NCBI GenBank assembly: GCA_020637635.1
Contig: JACKKB010000002.1
Span: 465,590 to 529,589 of the forward strand
Source of the DNA: Albidovulum sp.
Lineage (GTDB): Bacteria; Pseudomonadota; Alphaproteobacteria; Rhodobacterales; Rhodobacteraceae
Length of the DNA stretch: 64,000 nucleotides
Direction: 5' to 3'
Shown: positions 21,952 to 31,503 of the stretch, piece by piece
Numbering within the stretch: the stretch's first letter is position 1
Layout of the letters: each line of letters opens with the position of its first letter
Program-made: the position numbers and the translations under genes
The notes under the pieces: model-generated
What the model was told of the DNA's origin: nothing
What the model saw: the letters and a program-made list of their open reading frames with translations, nothing else
Database searches by the model: none

Positions 21952-23366
21952 CCCTGCCCCCCGATTTCGAAGTTACGCGGGCCGAGGTCGTCGCGCCTGA
22001 GGTTGCGGAAGATCAGCGTCTGCGGCGCCCGCGGCTCCTGGCTGTCGACAAGCCAGAGGTCGGGACCGACCTGAACCAGCCGACGCAACGCCTCGGCCGG
22101 GTCGTGAAATGTCCAGCCCTGCAGGACGAGCCTGTCGTCGGCGCCGAAATCGATCAGGATCTTCGAGCCGCCACCGCCGGGAATGACAAACCGGTCGGCG
22201 CCGCCGCCGCCGGTCAGCAGATCGAAACCGGTGCCGGACAGGATCGTCTGGCTGGCGGGCGTGCCTTCGATCACGTCGTCGCCCGCCGTGCCGTGGAGGT
22301 AGGCGGCCGCGCCGGCGATCCGGTTCCGCGGGGTCAGCGCGTAGAGCTTCACGTAGTCGATCTGAAAGTCGTGGCTGAAGGTCAGCGCGTCCTCGGCCGG
22401 GTCGGGATCGCCCGGCCAGCCGCCGCCGATCTGGTCGTTCATGACCACCGCCATGGGCCCGTTCACGTCGCGCGGCGTCGGGCTGCGGAAAACCTCGGTC
22501 AGTTGGTCGCTCGAGGGGCCGAAATACCAGATGATCTCTTCAGGGGTCCAGGACATCGCGTAGACGTTGAATGTCTCGAAGACATTGCGCCCGAAACGCG
22601 CGCCGACGTCGACGGTCTTGGCGAAGGTATAGCGCGGCCCTTCGGGGCGTTCGCGGCGGATCGCCGGCGCCGGGGTTCCGTCGACGATATCGAACGGGTT
22701 CACGAAGGCCGGTTCGGGCGCCCGCGATCCGTCGGCGGCGATTTCGTCGAAATGCACGCGCATGTGGACGCGGTTTCCCGGCGCGTCGCGGCCGTTCTCG
22801 CGGCCGAGCACCTCGAAGATGTCGATCTCGGGCGGCCACCCGTCGACCGCGGGGACGAGCCAGAAGGCCGGCCAGTGGCCGCGCCCCTCGGGCAGGCGGG
22901 CGCGCATCTCGAAATAGCCATAGGTCTGCGCCCAGCTCGACCAGGTCGAGAGCGAACCGGAATAGTAACGGACCTTGTCGATCGCTGCCTGGTCGTAGCC
23001 GGCGCGCCGCAGGATCGCGCCCACGTCCGCGAGGTCGTCCGCCGGAATGGGCGCGGCGGCGATATGCAGCAGGCCGTCCGCTACACGGAAGGGATCGAGG
23101 CCGAGCGGGGCGCCGTCGCGGCGGGTCATCGTGGGATTGACATAGAGCGACGGCGGGCCGTTGCCGATGAACTTGTCGCGGCGCGGATAATCGCGCCAGA
23201 CGCCGGTCACGCCGTCAAAGCGGCTGAAGGGGGTGTCGAAGTCTTCTTCCAGCACTGGCGTGAAGCGGTCGGGATCGGGCGCGGCGCGGACCTGCGCCGT
23301 CAGCCCCGCGCACAGTGCCGCGGCAAGTGCCACGGCAAGCGACGCCTGACGGACTAGACGCGCCAT
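21948..23366 (-). CDS. GH16 glycoside hydrolase (ExsH-like) with signal peptide and C-terminal RTX-like repeats
   Basis: Catalytic region YGYFEMRARLP...WPAFWL...WPPEIDIFE (ExDxxE). C-terminal GTAGDDVIEG and GGGGADRF repeats. Confidence 0.85.
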   Translation of the reverse strand: MARLVRQASLAVALAAALCAGLTAQVRAAPDPDRFTPVLEEDFDTPFSRFDGVTGVWRDYPRRDKFIGNGPPSLYVNPTMTRRDGAPLGLDPFRVADGLLHIAAAPIPADDLADVGAILRRAGYDQAAIDKVRYYSGSLSTWSSWAQTYGYFEMRARLPEGRGHWPAFWLVPAVDGWPPEIDIFEVLGRENGRDAPGNRVHMRVHFDEIAADGSRAPEPAFVNPFDIVDGTPAPAIRRERPEGPRYTFAKTVDVGARFGRNVFETFNVYAMSWTPEEIIWYFGPSSDQLTEVFRSPTPRDVNGPMAVVMNDQIGGGWPGDPDPAEDALTFSHDFQIDYVKLYALTPRNRIAGAAAYLHGTAGDDVIEGTPASQTILSGTGFDLLTGGGGADRFVIPGGGGSKILIDFGADDRLVLQGWTFHDPAEALRRLVQVGPDLWLVDSQEPRAPQTLIFRNLRRDDLGPRNFEIGGQG

Positions 23367-24295
23367 TGGGCAAAGTCCTTGCCGGAGAGGTAGCGGAAGC
23401 TCGTCGCGTCGTCGCGCAGCAGGTCGGCGGCGCGCTGCAGAAGCTCGGCACCAAGCACCGGTGATGTGTCCGGCCTGCGGTTCGCAAATGCGCGGCGGAG
23501 GGCCATGCGCATGGCCGGCGGCAGATACCGGTCGAAGCGCCGCGCCATGCGCGTTCTGGCCGCGCGCTGCAGGATGCCCGGAATGCGCGCAACATCCTCG
23601 GCGGTGTTGGCCGGGGCCTCGACGCCGATCTGCTGTTTCGCCATGCCGAGAAAGAGCGCGAGCTCGTCGCAGACCGCCTGTGGTGTCGTGCGGAGCACGT
23701 CGAAGTCGAGAAACAGGAACTGGCGCGGATCGAACCAGTCTCGGTAGCGCCCGATCTGGGCCGCGTAGGAACTGCAGCTGATCATGTGTCTTCCGTTGCC
23801 GCTTGCCAGAAGGTCCTCGGGGCGCACCCGCATATGGCCGACAGTCCAGGAGTGGCGGTAGTGCGAGGCGAAGCGGGCCACCGGGTCGCGGGCGATGAAG
23901 ATCAGCCGGACGTTCGGTGCGACGCGCGCGATACGCTCGGGCACACCGGGAAAGAGATCGAACTTGGTGTAGTTCGGCGACACCTCTCCAATGAGCCGCG
24001 CGGAGGCGCTGAATTGCTGCCGATACCAGGCAGGCCCGAGCCCGAAGTTCTTTTCGGCGACGAAGTAGTCGGTCTCCTTGATCCGCGAGAGGCCGATGTC
24101 GGGGAACTGCGCGAGATATCGGTAGAGCGCCGTGGTGCCGCCCTTCATGGTGCCGATGACGATGAAGTCGGGCGCCAGCGGTTCGTCCGAATGACCTCGC
24201 GCGACGAAGCCCGGGACCGGGGAGCCCGGCGCGCGAGAATGCGACGGCGCCGGCGCCTCGGGGCCTGGTGCAATGGCGCCGGTCCTAAGCCTCAT
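23354..24295 (-). CDS. PAPS-dependent sulfotransferase (Sulfotransfer_1/3-like)
   Basis: Motifs PDFIVIGTMKGGTTALY, KETDYF, GEVSPNY and ARDPVARFASHY. Start approximate. Confidence 0.88.
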   Translation of the reverse strand: MRLRTGAIAPGPEAPAPSHSRAPGSPVPGFVARGHSDEPLAPDFIVIGTMKGGTTALYRYLAQFPDIGLSRIKETDYFVAEKNFGLGPAWYRQQFSASARLIGEVSPNYTKFDLFPGVPERIARVAPNVRLIFIARDPVARFASHYRHSWTVGHMRVRPEDLLASGNGRHMISCSSYAAQIGRYRDWFDPRQFLFLDFDVLRTTPQAVCDELALFLGMAKQQIGVEAPANTAEDVARIPGILQRAARTRMARRFDRYLPPAMRMALRRAFANRRPDTSPVLGAELLQRAADLLRDDATSFRYLSGKDFAQWRV

Positions 24296-25202
24296 ACCAG
24301 GCCGACCCGGACTTGATCCGTGGCTGAGGCCCGCGCGCCTTGAGATAGGTGTAGAGAAAGGCGAGCTTGCGCAGCTTGAACTGGCCCCGCAGCGCCAGCA
24401 TCGGCGTCGCGGCATCATAGAGGCTGTCGATGCGCCGTGGCATGGCGCCAAGCCCGAAGACCTTGAGGTGACGGATCAGCAGGTTCATCTGCAGATCGCG
24501 CATCTGGTAGCGCAGCTGGCGCGCGACAAGCGCACGCAGCCCAGACAGGCCTGTCATCGGAATCGACTGGTAGCTGAAATGCGCCTCGGGCACCGGCCGG
24601 ATCAGCGACCGGTCGACCGGGCCGTTCGGGGTGAAGTCGTGCAGCAGAAGCCAGCGCAGCAAGGGATCGTCGCCGATGAGCCCGACCGGCATGCTGACCG
24701 AGAGAGTGCGGATCCGCGACAGCGTCTCGCCGCGCAGCGCGTAGAAGTTGCCGGGCATGCCGTGGTCGCGCAGGATCCGCTCGGCCCAGCGCGGTGCGGT
24801 GCGGCCACCCTGCGGCAGGGTCGCGGCCGCCAGCGCCTCCGGGTGCCCGGCAAGGGCCGCCTCGATCGCCGGAACGGCGCCCGCCGAGACACGGACGTCG
24901 CCGTCGACGAAGAGATGCAGCCGCGCCGTCGGGGGCGCGAGACGGTGAACGTAGTAGCTCCAGGCATTGGCCTTGTCGCCGAGCGCGATCACCACCGGCC
25001 GGATCCTCGGATCCTTCGCCGCAAACCCCGCGACGATGTCCGGCGTGGCGTCGGTCGTGCCGTTGATGAGCACGAAGATCGGATCCGTGGGCCCGAGCCC
25101 CGCAGCCTGCAGCGCGGCAAGGCAGCCGGCGATCGCATCGGCTTCGTCATGCGCGAAGACCGCGACCGAGTGTTCCGGGGCATCGATACCGGACATGTCC
25201 AT
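24285..25202 (-). CDS. GT2-family glycosyltransferase
   Basis: Segments VAVFAHDEA, NGTTDAT, GDKANAW, FVDGDV (DxD) and GLIGDD. Confidence 0.8.
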   Translation of the reverse strand: MDMSGIDAPEHSVAVFAHDEADAIAGCLAALQAAGLGPTDPIFVLINGTTDATPDIVAGFAAKDPRIRPVVIALGDKANAWSYYVHRLAPPTARLHLFVDGDVRVSAGAVPAIEAALAGHPEALAAATLPQGGRTAPRWAERILRDHGMPGNFYALRGETLSRIRTLSVSMPVGLIGDDPLLRWLLLHDFTPNGPVDRSLIRPVPEAHFSYQSIPMTGLSGLRALVARQLRYQMRDLQMNLLIRHLKVFGLGAMPRRIDSLYDAATPMLALRGQFKLRKLAFLYTYLKARGPQPRIKSGSAWYEA

Positions 25203-25203
25203 C

Positions 25204-27471
25204 TCAGGCCACCTGAAGCCGGCGGGCCGAGGGCTCGGCGGTGGCCGACCGTTCGAGCCGTTCCGAACGCGGAACCATGGTCAGGACCGCCGCCACGGTC
25301 TTGCCCTGCCGCGTCAGTCCGCGCGCGAGCACGCGTTCGAGCTGTTCGGCCGAGATGAGGTTCCATTTCACCGCCAGCACGACGTAGTCGGCCAGTTCGG
25401 CGCACATGCGGGCATCGGAGCTTTCGCTCAGCGCGCCGACATCGAGCACGACGATGTCGTAGTCTGCCTTCAGACTGTCGAGATAGTTCGCGATCGCCTC
25501 GGGATTCACCAGTTCGATGAAATCGGAGGACCTGGTCTGGGTGGTCTGGCCGGAGAATTCGAAATCGGCCGCCTTGGTCGCGCCGGGAGCGTCCTTTCCG
25601 GTTGCACCGGTCGCGGTGTGATCGACGAGTTCCTGATGGCTCCGGCGGGAGGCAAAGAGCCTCGACAGCGCCGGGTTCTTGAGGTTGAAATCGACCAGAT
25701 GCACCCGCTTGCCCTGCTTGGCGAAATAGGCGGCGAGGTTCGCTGCCAGCATCGTCTTGCCCTCGCCCGGAAGCGCAGAGGTGACAGCGACAATCTGCGC
25801 CGCACCTGCCGCGCGCTTGTGCGACGCGGCGTCAAAGACGACCGATCGAACCGTTTCCGAAAGTTCGGAAAACGGGAAATTTATCGCAGCCGACATGCGC
25901 GCGATCTCGCGGCGGCGACGGCCGCCCGCGACTGCCGGCGCAGAGGCGCCGCGCATCCGGTTGCGGCCTGCCCAGCGGAACCAGACCCCGGGCACCGACG
26001 GCATGGCGCCCAGATAGCGCAGGCCGATCGCCTCGAGCTCGCGCGGCTGGCGCACCCCGGTGTCGAGCTGTTCGCGAATGAAGACGAGGACGAGACCGAT
26101 GAAGGTGCCGCCAAGCAACCCCAGGGCGAGGATCTTGCCGGTCTGCGGCGTGCTCGGCCCCGCCGGAACCTGCGCCGGCGTCAGCACGCGGGCGGAGTTC
26201 GACTTGTAGGCGAGAACGTCCGAGGTCTCGTTGACCCGGGTGAGTAGCGACTGGTAGACGGCGCGCTCTCCGTCGGCACGCATCTGGAGCTCGCGCAGCT
26301 CCGCCTCCTTGGCGGAAACGTCGGCGACCTGGCCGCGCAGCGCCTCTGCCCGGTCGGTGAGTTGCCTTTCCTCGTCGATCGACGTCCGGATCTCCTTGTC
26401 GAGCTGCGCCGCGATGGTCTGGTACTGTTCGATGAGCTGGCTGCGCATGGCCTCGATGTCGCGGGCCTTCAGCATCGCCTGCGGGGCATTGCGATTGCCC
26501 GTCGCCGTCTGGCGCGCGTAGTCGAGCTCGGCGTCGAGGATCTTGGTGCGGATGTCCCTGATGCCGGCATCGTCGACGACAGGCATGTCCGCGTCGACCC
26601 CCCCGGCCGCGAGGAAATCGCGGATCCGGCCGAGCAGCAGTTCGTTCTGGAAGCGACCGTCGCGCAGGGTGACGAGGGCGGCGTTGCTCTGCGCGAGTTC
26701 GGAGCCCGCGACCTGGCTGCCGCCGGCGTCGATCTGGTTGTCGAGCTTGAACTGGTTGACCTTGGCTTCAGCCTGCTGGAGCGAGATCAGCGCCTCTCGC
26801 AGGGCGGTCGAAGACCAGGTGTTCAACTGGGTGAAGCGCGCGCCCTGCTCCTCGAGGCTGCTCGCGAGATATTCGGCGGTGTAGGCATTGGCGATCTTCG
26901 CGGCGAGCAGCTTGTCGGTGTTCGAAACACCGATCTCGATCACGTAGGTGTCGCCGCGACGCGCCACTTCGAGATTGCCGAGAAGGCTTGCGACGGCGCG
27001 GCGGGTGGCCGCCTCCCCGGGCGACAGCAGGCCCGATTGATCTTCGGACGGGGTGTCGGGAAGGAAAAGTGCCCTGAGCCGTGCCGTCAACGATGGCTCC
27101 TCCGGTTCCGGCTCGCTTGCCTCGGCCAGGCCGAGGCGTTTGACCACGCGTTCGGCGAGCGCGCTCGACAGCAGGATCTCGACCTCGGAATCGACGATCA
27201 GCGCGTCGGAGTTCAGGATGATGCCGCCGGCCTCCTGGAAGCCGCGGCTGTCACGCGGGTCGATATAGATCGTGGCGACGGTCTTGTAGACCGGCGTCTC
27301 GGTAACGATCGCGGCGATGGCCAGCGTCAGGCAGGCGAAGATGGCGACGAGCACGATCCAGTAGCGCCGGCGCAGCGCGCCGATGGCCGCGGAAAGCAGT
27401 TCCACCACACTGGTCGGCTCGCCGTCGTCGGAGCGGGGCGGGACAAGAAGGCTGCGCTCTAGATTGGCCAC
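25204..27471 (-). CDS. exoP: Polysaccharide co-polymerase, Wzc/ExoP-like, with degenerate tyrosine-kinase domain
   Basis: Two TM segments flank a periplasmic coiled-coil region; Walker A SALPGEGKT. GTG 27471 preceded by a GGAG RBS. Confidence 0.85.
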   Translation of the reverse strand: MANLERSLLVPPRSDDGEPTSVVELLSAAIGALRRRYWIVLVAIFACLTLAIAAIVTETPVYKTVATIYIDPRDSRGFQEAGGIILNSDALIVDSEVEILLSSALAERVVKRLGLAEASEPEPEEPSLTARLRALFLPDTPSEDQSGLLSPGEAATRRAVASLLGNLEVARRGDTYVIEIGVSNTDKLLAAKIANAYTAEYLASSLEEQGARFTQLNTWSSTALREALISLQQAEAKVNQFKLDNQIDAGGSQVAGSELAQSNAALVTLRDGRFQNELLLGRIRDFLAAGGVDADMPVVDDAGIRDIRTKILDAELDYARQTATGNRNAPQAMLKARDIEAMRSQLIEQYQTIAAQLDKEIRTSIDEERQLTDRAEALRGQVADVSAKEAELRELQMRADGERAVYQSLLTRVNETSDVLAYKSNSARVLTPAQVPAGPSTPQTGKILALGLLGGTFIGLVLVFIREQLDTGVRQPRELEAIGLRYLGAMPSVPGVWFRWAGRNRMRGASAPAVAGGRRRREIARMSAAINFPFSELSETVRSVVFDAASHKRAAGAAQIVAVTSALPGEGKTMLAANLAAYFAKQGKRVHLVDFNLKNPALSRLFASRRSHQELVDHTATGATGKDAPGATKAADFEFSGQTTQTRSSDFIELVNPEAIANYLDSLKADYDIVVLDVGALSESSDARMCAELADYVVLAVKWNLISAEQLERVLARGLTRQGKTVAAVLTMVPRSERLERSATAEPSARRLQVA

Positions 27472-28403
27472 GTGTGCTCCACTTCGTCTGTGCGGCGGGT
27501 CGGTTTCGCCGCCCCCTGCGGCGCGCGGGTCGCGGCGGGGCCGCACTCGGGTTCGCCCACGGCCTGCCACGTCGGCCAGGGAAATGACCCGCGTTGCAGG
27601 AGGCGGGCGAGTGCCGCGAGTTCGGGGGCGAAGATGTCGGCAAGCATCGACCGGCTGGCCTCGGTCATCGGCGCGATCTCGCCGCGCAGATCGACGCTGT
27701 TGGCGCGCAGCATCCCGGCGACGGGGGCCGCGGACTTGATCCGCATGAGCTGCTCTTCGAGGCCGGCACGGCGCAGGAGATCGCCGCCGCCGCGAAGCGC
27801 ACGCCGCAGGGCCGGCGAGCGTGCCCTGTCGCTGATGTTGCGCACATCCGATGTGACTGCGCTCGTGAAGCTCCGGTCGACACCGACAAAGTCGTAGAGC
27901 CGCGCGGCGGAGCCCGCGGGGTCGGCCGGGATCTCCTCGGCGATCAGGACCAGCACCCGGTCGCGCCCGAACGCTTCGAACCAGCGCGAAAGATGGGTGT
28001 GGTAGCGACCCTGATCGACATAGGCCGGATTGCCACGCAAACCTTCCTCGAAGCTCACGGGCGGGATATGGCCCTTGATCACCTCATGGAGGTGGTTGGA
28101 ATAGGCCCGCGCCACCGGGTCGCGCAGGAGCGCAATGATCTTCAGGTCGGGATCGTAGGCGCGGGCTCGTTCGGCCGCGCGCGGGTCGTAGAAATAGGAG
28201 GGCGAGGTATCGCACCGCGCGCGCGTCGCGGCGGTTCCGCCGAAATGGCCTTCGTACCATCGGTAGCCGCGGTCGAAGTGATAGCTGAAGAAATCCACTT
28301 CCTTCGGTTCGGAAACGGCGATCTGCGGATGCGCCCCTAGGACCGAGTGCACCCAGGACGACGCGCATTTCTGCGCCCCGATACCGATCACGCTTGGCCT
28401 CAT
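27459..28403 (-). CDS. PAPS-dependent sulfotransferase (Sulfotransfer_1/3-like)
   Basis: Motifs IGIGAQKCASSWV, PKEVDFF, DTSPSYF and LRDPVARAYSNH. Confidence 0.88.
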   Translation of the reverse strand: MRPSVIGIGAQKCASSWVHSVLGAHPQIAVSEPKEVDFFSYHFDRGYRWYEGHFGGTAATRARCDTSPSYFYDPRAAERARAYDPDLKIIALLRDPVARAYSNHLHEVIKGHIPPVSFEEGLRGNPAYVDQGRYHTHLSRWFEAFGRDRVLVLIAEEIPADPAGSAARLYDFVGVDRSFTSAVTSDVRNISDRARSPALRRALRGGGDLLRRAGLEEQLMRIKSAAPVAGMLRANSVDLRGEIAPMTEASRSMLADIFAPELAALARLLQRGSFPWPTWQAVGEPECGPAATRAPQGAAKPTRRTDEVEHTWPI

Positions 28404-28688
28404 GCCGCCACCCTCAAGTCATCAGGTTGTCTCCGCACGGCGCCCGGCAGGCGCGCGCGGGCGTTTTGTGGATCAACCAACGCTTGAGAAATTCTTTGAA
28501 GAATGTGGCGAAACTGTGTTTGCTGGTGCAGCAATCGGCACGAATGGCGGAGTTCCGCGCAGATCTTTCATCGAACGTTGCCCAGTTCGGGCGCGGCGCG
28601 GCGATCCCGCGCATCAACCTGTTGACCGAATGCGATCAGACCGTTTCCGGACGCGAAACCGTGAGCCCTGGGCCCCCGGGCCCGGGTA

Positions 28689-29198
28689 TCAGCCCGCGAA
28701 GCAGAGGCGCGTCGACCGGTCGGCCAGCGACAGGAACTCCAGCAGATCGGGTCGCGACAGGGCTGCGCATCCCTCGGTCGGGCCGTAGCCCGGATCCGCG
28801 ACATGCAGAAAAATCGCGCTGCCTGCCCCGGGAACGACCGGATCGTCATTGTGACCGAGCACCACGATGAGGTCATAGAGTGCGTCGTCGCGCCAGAGCA
28901 CCTCGTGGCGCCCGGCGAAGGGCAGCCGGACCGGCCGGTTGTAGTCGCCATGGTCAGGCGCGTCGCACCAGCCATCCTGCGGATCGAGCGGTGCCCGAGG
29001 AAGGGCTGTCACGGGCAGGTCTTCGAACCGGTCGGGCCGGTAGAGAAGGCGCCGCAGGGACCAGCAGCCGAGCGGGCTGATGCCGTCGCCCTCGCCGGTC
29101 TTGCGGGCGATGCCGCCGCGACCGACCGCGCAGCGCCAGTCGCGCGCGCCGAAGCGCGCCCTGTAGCCCGTGCCGCTTGCCGCCACGACGAGATCCAT
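28689..29198 (-). CDS. L,D-transpeptidase (YkuD-like) family protein
   Basis: Segments KTGEGDGISPLG, WCDAP and GSAIFLH...PTEGC (His/Cys catalytic motif). Confidence 0.85.
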   Translation of the reverse strand: MDLVVAASGTGYRARFGARDWRCAVGRGGIARKTGEGDGISPLGCWSLRRLLYRPDRFEDLPVTALPRAPLDPQDGWCDAPDHGDYNRPVRLPFAGRHEVLWRDDALYDLIVVLGHNDDPVVPGAGSAIFLHVADPGYGPTEGCAALSRPDLLEFLSLADRSTRLCFAG

Positions 29199-29443
29199 GC
29201 GTCCTCCTCTCCCGGGGAATCATAGCAGAAGGATCGTCGCCCGACAGCCGGGCCCGTCTCGGGGCCGGCATGGACCGCAGGCACGCGCGCAGGGGCCGCA
29301 TGCGCGCCCAGGGCGGATGCGGCCGGTGAGACCGTCGGGGCGCCCTTGCGGAACCACCGGTTCGGCACCTTCTCGAGGTGAACCGGGCGTTTGGTCGCGC
29401 GCGGGCAGCGCGAGGCGGATGCAGTTGCCGGGCCGTCAGCCGC

Positions 29444-30217
29444 TCAGGGAGCGGTGACGATGCTGGCCCCTGCCGCGACAAGGGCGGCGCGGATCGGCTC
29501 GGGCAGCGGGGCATCGGTGACGACTACATCGACTTCGGAAAGACTTGCGACGGTGAAGACGGCGCGCTTGCCCGCCTTGCTCCGGTCCACGAGAACCATC
29601 ACCTGCGCCGCCTGCCGGATCATCGCCTTGGCCACCTCGGCCTCCTGCAGGTCGAAATCCATCACGCAATCGGCATCGATCGCGCCAACGGTCAGGACCA
29701 CTGTCTCGGCACGAAACCGGCCGATCTGTTCGAGCGCGAGCGGGCCGAGGCTTTCGCCGGCGTCGGCACCATAGGCGCCGCCGATCAGGAAGACCTTGTT
29801 GCCCGACCCTTCGGCCGCCCGCGCGGCGATGCGCGGCGCGTTGGTGATCACGGTCAGCCCGGAGCGCGCCGACAGGGCTTCGGCGAAGGCGACCGTGGTG
29901 CTGCCGGTGTCGATGAAGAGCGAGGTGCCGGGGCCGAAGAGGCCGGCGGCGGCGGTGCCGATGCGGCGCTTGGCATCCCGGTTGAGTTCCATGCGTTCGG
30001 CAAAGGGATCCTCGCGCGGGGGGACGCCCTCGTCCCCGGCGAGCGCGCGGGCACCGCCGTGAACCTTGCGCAGGCGGCGCGCGGCATCGAGCTGCGCCAG
30101 ATCGCGGCGGATCGTTTCGCGCGAAACGCCGAGAACCCCGGCGAGATCGTCGACGCCGACCTCGCCCGATGCCGACAGCCGCGCCAGGATCGCGGCTCTG
30201 CGCTGCTTCGGGTCCAT
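29444..30217 (-). CDS. DeoR/GlpR-family transcriptional regulator
   Basis: HTH GVSRETIRRDL, KVHGGA, FIDTGSTT and TVITNA. Confidence 0.95.
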   Translation of the reverse strand: MDPKQRRAAILARLSASGEVGVDDLAGVLGVSRETIRRDLAQLDAARRLRKVHGGARALAGDEGVPPREDPFAERMELNRDAKRRIGTAAAGLFGPGTSLFIDTGSTTVAFAEALSARSGLTVITNAPRIAARAAEGSGNKVFLIGGAYGADAGESLGPLALEQIGRFRAETVVLTVGAIDADCVMDFDLQEAEVAKAMIRQAAQVMVLVDRSKAGKRAVFTVASLSEVDVVVTDAPLPEPIRAALVAAGASIVTAP

Positions 30218-30357
30218 CCTGTTGCTCCGCACTTCGATCCGCGTGTCGGCACTTCGACCAGCCTGGACCCTTCAGGGCCACCGACGCCTAGCCGGTGGCA
30301 CCTGCGCCGGCAAAGCCGCAAATTGCCGCGCCCCGGAGCGGGACCCGGCCGTGTCGG

Positions 30358-31449
30358 TCAGCGATAGGGATAGCCGGCCTTCTCCATGTTCGCGGCATAT
30401 TTCTTGAACGCCTCGACCACACGCCCCGCGCGCGGGCTCGATCCGGCCACCTCGTCCCAGAAGCCTTCGGCATCCTTGACCACCTGCGCCCATTCCTCGG
30501 GCGGCAGCGAGGTCAGCTCCATCTTCTCGCCCTCGACGCGGAGCTTGGCCTCGCCGCCCCAGTACCAGACATCGCGGTAGTAGTGCGACTGGTCGATGGT
30601 GACCTTGAAGAGCTCCTGCAGATGCGGTGGCACCTTGTCCCAGCTTGCGGTGTTGGCGAAGTAGCTGCCGAACCAGGCACCGGTGATCGAGTTGCCGAGC
30701 GCATACTGGCAGACATCGGCCCAGCCCACCTCGTAGGCCTCGGTGAAGCCGCACCAGGCGACGCCGTCAAGCTCGCCCGTCTGCATCGCCACCTCGACGT
30801 CATCCCAGGGGATCGTCACCGGAACGAGCCCGTATTTCGACAGGAACTTGCCTGCGGTCGGCACGCCGAAGACCCGCAGCCCGTTCATGTCGGCCAGCGA
30901 GCGGATCGGTTTCTCGACGGTAAAGATGTGCAGCGGGTCCCAGGCGCCGGTCGAGAGCCAGGTGACGTTCTCGACCTCGCTGTAGGCCTCGGCCCAGATG
31001 TCGTTCAGCCCGTAGTAATGGAACAGCGCCGGCACATCGAGGCTGTAGCGGGTCGCAAACGGGAAGTAGCCGCCGAAGACCGAGATATCGACCGGCGAGG
31101 CCATCGTCGCCTCGTCCGACTGCACGGCGTCGAGCGTCCCGTTCTGCAGCGCGCGGAAGAGATCGGCCGTGGGCACGAGCTGATCGGCGTAGTAGAGCTC
31201 GATCTCCATCTCGCCGTTCGCGGCCTTGTTGAAGGCCTCGATCTGCGGCTTGATCACATGGGCCCCGAGGGGCGCGCCGGAATAGGTCTGCAGGCGCCAT
31301 TTGATCGGCCCGCTCTGCGCGTTCACATAGGGCGCGGCAAGGGTCGATGCCGCAGCTGCGCCTGCGCCGAGCCCGGCGCGCCGCAGGAACGTTCGCCGAC
31401 TTGCCAGAATGCGTTCCGAGGGGCTTTTCGCCTTCGTGTCGTCCGTCAT
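30358..31449 (-). CDS. dctP: TRAP transporter solute-binding protein (DctP/TakP-like, Tat signal), probable amine/amino-alcohol-binding subfamily
   Basis: Tat motif SRRTFL; IKWRLQT; GLRVF where carboxylate-binding DctPs have GLKxR; WCGFTE. Confidence 0.9.
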   Translation of the reverse strand: MTDDTKAKSPSERILASRRTFLRRAGLGAGAAAASTLAAPYVNAQSGPIKWRLQTYSGAPLGAHVIKPQIEAFNKAANGEMEIELYYADQLVPTADLFRALQNGTLDAVQSDEATMASPVDISVFGGYFPFATRYSLDVPALFHYYGLNDIWAEAYSEVENVTWLSTGAWDPLHIFTVEKPIRSLADMNGLRVFGVPTAGKFLSKYGLVPVTIPWDDVEVAMQTGELDGVAWCGFTEAYEVGWADVCQYALGNSITGAWFGSYFANTASWDKVPPHLQELFKVTIDQSHYYRDVWYWGGEAKLRVEGEKMELTSLPPEEWAQVVKDAEGFWDEVAGSSPRAGRVVEAFKKYAANMEKAGYPYR

Positions 31450-31503
31450 CGTTCTACCTCCTTTGTGGTTCTTGGCGTCTTCTTCCTGGTCGTTCCACGC
31501 GGG

